DNA of 64,000 nucleotides from Microbotryum violaceum (Eukaryota): NCBI GenBank assembly GCA_001244265.2, contig CDLV01000017.1, positions 62,001 to 126,000 of the forward strand, read 5' to 3'. Shown piece by piece: positions 59,534 to 64,000 of this stretch (position 1 is its first letter; each line of letters starts with the position of its first letter). The notes under the pieces were generated by a model. It saw only the letters and a program-made list of their open reading frames with translations, ran no database searches and was not told where the DNA came from. The position numbers and the translations under genes were made by a program.

Positions 59534-61823
59534 TTAGAGTTTGGCCTTGCCCTCGTTCTCCTTCTCCTGTTGCGCAAACTTGGTCTGCTCCCACAAAGTA
59601 ACACAAGCCCAGATCAGGACCCGACCAACCGAAACGTCGAACACTCTCCAATCTTCCGACTCACCGCCAAATTACGTCGATTAATCTTACCCGTCGGACC
59701 CTTGGGGATCGAATCCAACACAAACACCTTCTCGGGGCACTTGAAATTCGAAATCTTCTTCCTAACTTGCTCAATGATATTCTTCTCCTTCAAATCCGAT
59801 CCTGCCTTGATAACAACGCACGCCCAGACTTTTTCACCATATTTTTGGTCGGGTACACCGAACGCGACGGCTTCGTTGACGTTTTGGAGCGAGAGTAAGG
59901 CCGCGTCAACTTCGAGAGGGGAGATCTTTTCACCACCTCGGTTGATCTATGAACGATATCGACGTCATCATGATCAGTAAGAAGTAAAAGAAGCAAAGAA
60001 AATCCTCGCCGAATTGACGTACCAATTCCTTCAACCTACCCGTAAGGGTTAAGTACCCCTCCGGATCCAACTTGCCCCGATCTCCGGTCCTAAAGTACCC
60101 ATCTTTGGTAAAACTCTCCTTATTCGCCTTCTCATTATTAATATAACCCAAAGTAACGTTCAACCCTTTGATCGCTACTTCGCCTTCTTCGACGTCCTTG
60201 TCTTCGGAGAGGGATAGGATGCGTATCGATACGCCTTGGCCGATGCCGACCGTCCCTGGTTTACGGGCCATAGGGGGGAGGGGGTTCGAGGTCATTTGGT
60301 GCGCGGCTTCGGTCATGGCGTCTGTATAGTGAAGAGTGTATTAGTTTGAGATTTTGCATCAACAAGAAGAAAATTGATGAGACGTACAAGCTTCTAGCAC
60401 AGGTGCATTGAACGCCTTCTCGACCTGCGACGACGAATGTCAAACTGCTTTAACTCAGGAACTCAAGCCCCTTTAAAGTCAAAGACCCGAGAACGAACCT
60501 TCTCCAACGTCGCAGGAGCCAAAGCACTCGAGCAACTCCTGATGAAACGGATGTCGGGAATAGGGTTGGGCAACTTGGTGCTCAACAATATTTGATGGAT
60601 TGTAGGAACGGCCTGAGGAGGATCGATATTAGGTTTCGATGAGCTCCACGAGTAAAGGAGAGTCAAGGGATTCAGTGAGCTGGGAAGGTACGTACAGTGT
60701 ACCAGTTGGCTTTGGCGTTGATAAATTCGGCCCAGAAGGTTCCTGCCGAGAATTTGGGAGGGATGACGACGGAGCCTGCCGAGAGCAACGGGGCTAAAAA
60801 GCCTGCGAGGAGGCCCTGAGAAGAAGACAGTCGACGAGAATCAATCGCTACTCTTTGTGCCCAGGTTCAACTCGTTCTGTACGCACATGGACGTGGAACA
60901 AAGGCATGACGAGGTAGGTTCGATCGCGCGCGGTGAGCTTGTACGTGTTGACGATGTTTTGCATCGTCGTGGCGAGGTTGAGGTGAGTCAAGGGCACGGC
61001 TGAGAGTCGCAACGAATGCTGGGGTATCAGTCATCCGATCGCAGGGTTATGACAGCGCAGATCGCTTACTCACCCTTGGGACGACCGGTCGTACCACTCG
61101 TCTATAGTGAGCGACGGAAGAACGTGAGCGCGGATCACCGTATAGGGGCCTCCTCCAGTGCTCCTCTCTAAGCTAAACTTACGTGCAAAACCAGCGCCAC
61201 ATCATCCTCCCTCGGCTGACCACTACCTTCAATCTTCTTCCCTCCGCCCGTCGAATCCTTCTTCTCCAAGTGCAAGGATACGTTCTTGCCATCGAACGAA
61301 ATTTCGGCGATGGGGACGTTCAATTTGCTCGCGGCTTGAACGGCGGAATGGTTCGCTTTGATCGCTCCCGAAGGGACGAGTAAGAGGCGCGATTGCGTGT
61401 CTTCGAGGTAGAAGGCCACTTCGGAGGGGTTGTAGGTCGGATTCAAAGGGGCTGCGACGCATCTGGAGAAAGGGGTTGAGAATCGGCGATGAGTGATGGG
61501 CGGTCGTATGAGGTGATGCGGTCCTCCGCACTCCTCGGAAGGAATGTCGGTCAGGACGTGGGAGAGTGAACTGACCGATGACTGCCGACACCGAGGAAAG
61601 CGATCGCAAACTCGGGCCCATTGATCAGACTCATACTAACCACATCCCCAGCTTTCAATCCCCCTGACCAAGCTTCGAGTTGTTGGCGCAGGGAGTCGAT
61701 GTGGGAAGCGAGTTGGCGATAGCTCAGCGTCGTGTTGGGCAGATGCGATGAGGCGGGGAGCACGATCGCGGGGGAGGTGGAAGGGCGGGCGAAGGGGGTC
61801 AGGAGGGTGTTTGCGGTCGCCAT
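59534..61823 (-). CDS. PCS60: Peroxisomal oxalate-CoA ligase (Pcs60/AAE3-like), PTS1 -AKL
   Basis: LVLH|TSGTTGRPK, YLVMPLFHV, FIRSCSSALAP, AMTEAAHQMTSNPLPP, FRTGD, INRGGEKISP. Ends EGKAKL* (TAA 59534-59536). Confidence 0.88.
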
Positions 61824-62170
61824 CTTGTTTGGGTGGAAGAGGTAGGTAGGAATGCGTGGAGGGTAGCGCAACGGACGGCGGCGGAAAAAAGAGATCAGAT
61901 CGATCAGATGTGGGGCACGGCGATGACGGCGCGCTCTTTCTCCGGGCAGCGGCCGCGATTAGCAGTCGATTAGCGCAGATTAGTGCGGCCAATACTCGCG
62001 CGGAGGCGGGTCCGAGCTCAGCCTGGCTTAGCCGTATTTCGAGGGCGTCGCACCAAGAGAGAGAGAGCTAAATATAAGTCTAATCCAGCTTCCGTGCACA
62101 GTTTCCCGTACGCAGCCTCCAGGCCACCCACCACCTCCAACTCTCTACCTTATCCAACAGTTCCTCCACC

Positions 62171-64000
62171 ATGCCCCTCCGACTCGACTCTCGTTGCCTG
62201 ACACCTCCACCCGACGATCCGTCCCGTCCAGCTTTCACGATCGACCGTAATGATCGCGCGTACGTCAAGCAATACGCCAACCTGTACTGGCTCCGGCTCG
62301 TCGTCCTGCGCCCGAGGGTGTTGAAGAATGCCAAAGCGAAATGGAACGAGGCAAAGGGTGAGTCCGGAGGGGAGGAAAGGCGATGGCTTTGCGATGTGTG
62401 ACGCGTCGAGTCGCGTCACGTCGATCAGGATGGGCGAGCAGAATTAGGCGGTTACAGCATCTTGGGGAGGTGCTCTCTTTCGGTGTGCAAGGAACTAATA
62501 GTACCTCTGCTTTAGACTCTCCGCAACACGTTCCTCGCATGCTCGACGTCAAGGCCGGGGTGCAATGCTACATCATCGGCACCGTCTACATGGACATGCC
62601 GCTCAAGCCCAACGTGCTCGAAGACCTTGCACGCGAGGTGTGTACCTTCTCGGTGGTCACCGTACTCGAATCGAATTTCGTCTTCACTGACTTTGGGTTC
62701 TTGTCCCCGTTATCAGCACTACATCGCCGCCCCTCCGCCGAGACGAAAGTTCTGCTCCGTCTCGGACGAGATCATGCTCGAGGATGAATCAGGTCGTGTT
62801 CGACTGGTCGGGCCGGCAATTGAAAAGGCGGCCGGGACGTTCGTAACAGGTAAGGCATCTTCTTTCTCAAAAAACGCTTTCAGCTGCTTGAAAGAAAAGA
62901 GACCGACTTTGATCATCGAACGAGCAGGGACGATCATGGCCGCACTGGGTAAAGAACTCTCCTCCGGCGACTTCCACGTCACGGACTTTTGTTACGCCGG
63001 TCTACCCCCACCTGCACCCATCACCGAGGACGCGGATGCGATGAACGTCTCGGACGAAGACCGGCCCGAAGAATGGGTCGCGATCGTGAGTGGGTTGGAA
63101 ATGGGGGACGGGGATCGGACGCAGGAGATGAGGAGGGAGTTGTTGGTCGAGTACCTATTGGGTGAATTGGGTGGGAATGAGGTACGTTTCATCGAGTAGA
63201 CTTTCTCAGCGTGCGTCGATGAAGTCGCTAAGTAGCTGCCATATGTGGGCGTATCACAGCACTCGGAAGAAGCGGCCAAAATCACGCGAGTGATCCTAGC
63301 AGGCAACTCGATGGCCCAACCCGAACCAATCGACGATGCTGCAACTTCCCAAAACAACGGTACCAGCTTGACCTCAACAGAAAAGAAACCCAAACGATAC
63401 GGCTACGACGCTTCCATTTATTCTGCCAAACCCGCCTCAGCATTGGACGCATGGTTGGAACAGATCTTACCGAGTATGAACGTCGATTTGATGTCGGGTG
63501 AATCGGATCCTGTGGCGCCGACGATGCCGCAGGCCAAGTTGCATCCGGCGATGTTGCCCCTTGCGAGTGGGTACGAAGGTTTCAAGTCGAGGACGAATCC
63601 GAGTTGGTTTCAAATTGGACGGGCCAAGTGAGTCTTACTCTGATCGAGCGTTTATGAGCCGACATGGACTGATCCCTAGCCTATTCCGACGCCTGTTCAG
63701 CTTCCTGGGAACGAGCGGGCAACCGCTGGACGACATTTTCAAGTACTTGACCTCGGAGGACCGCCTGGGAGTGGCGATCAAGACGTTAGAATGGTCGCAC
63801 ATCGCACCGACGTGTCCCGATACGTTATGTACATCATCAGCGAAAAGTCTGACGTGATGATCTCAGAAACCTAATCACCCGTTTCTATCCTTTCAGGGTG
63901 CTACCCCTTCTCCGATCGAGATCCGTTCATCCTGCACTCGACGCCTCAAGTCTACTTCATCTCGAACCAATCTAAATTTGAAACCCAACTACTCGAGCAT
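62171..64000 (+). CDS. POL31: DNA polymerase delta small subunit (POLD2/Cdc1), truncated by the window end
   Basis: QYANLYWLRL, IIGTVYMDMPLKPNVL, MLEDESGRVRL, RVILAGNS, GTSGQPLDD, HIAPTCPDTL, CYPF..DPF. Confidence 0.93.

Overview
Intron-rich fungal genomic DNA (GT-AG introns, CTRAC-like branch points), most consistent with a basidiomycete of the Microbotryomycetes (Microbotryum/Rhodotorula-like); the taxon is inferred from protein style and intron signals. Two blocks of conserved housekeeping genes occupy most of the window. The left block (1-12.9 kb) holds HID1, a small zinc-ribbon gene, a peroxisomal acyl-CoA synthetase, a TBC Rab-GAP and PIG-H. The right block (26.5-64 kb) holds CTF4/mcl1, a DM9/DUF3421 protein, UBP3/USP10, an SDR, an EF-hand type II NAD(P)H dehydrogenase, GCN20, proteasome alpha4, a PA-TM-RING ligase, a hypothetical protein, a Dal5-type MFS transporter, PCS60 and POL31. 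Between them is a ~13.5 kb accessory island with four notable elements. (i) A ~610-bp foldback whose arms carry two convergent copies of a 27-codon ORF that differ only at synonymous sites. (ii) A 4-exon ~100-aa Cys-rich secreted protein gene. (iii) A young but internally deleted Ty1/copia element (TSD CATCA) ~200 bp upstream of that gene. (iv) A 10-exon, 254-aa secreted protein built from four CxxC..AxxxC..CP modules, with all introns in phase 2. Neither secreted-protein gene appears as a single ORF in the track; both were assembled by hand. All exon models are manual and unverified.
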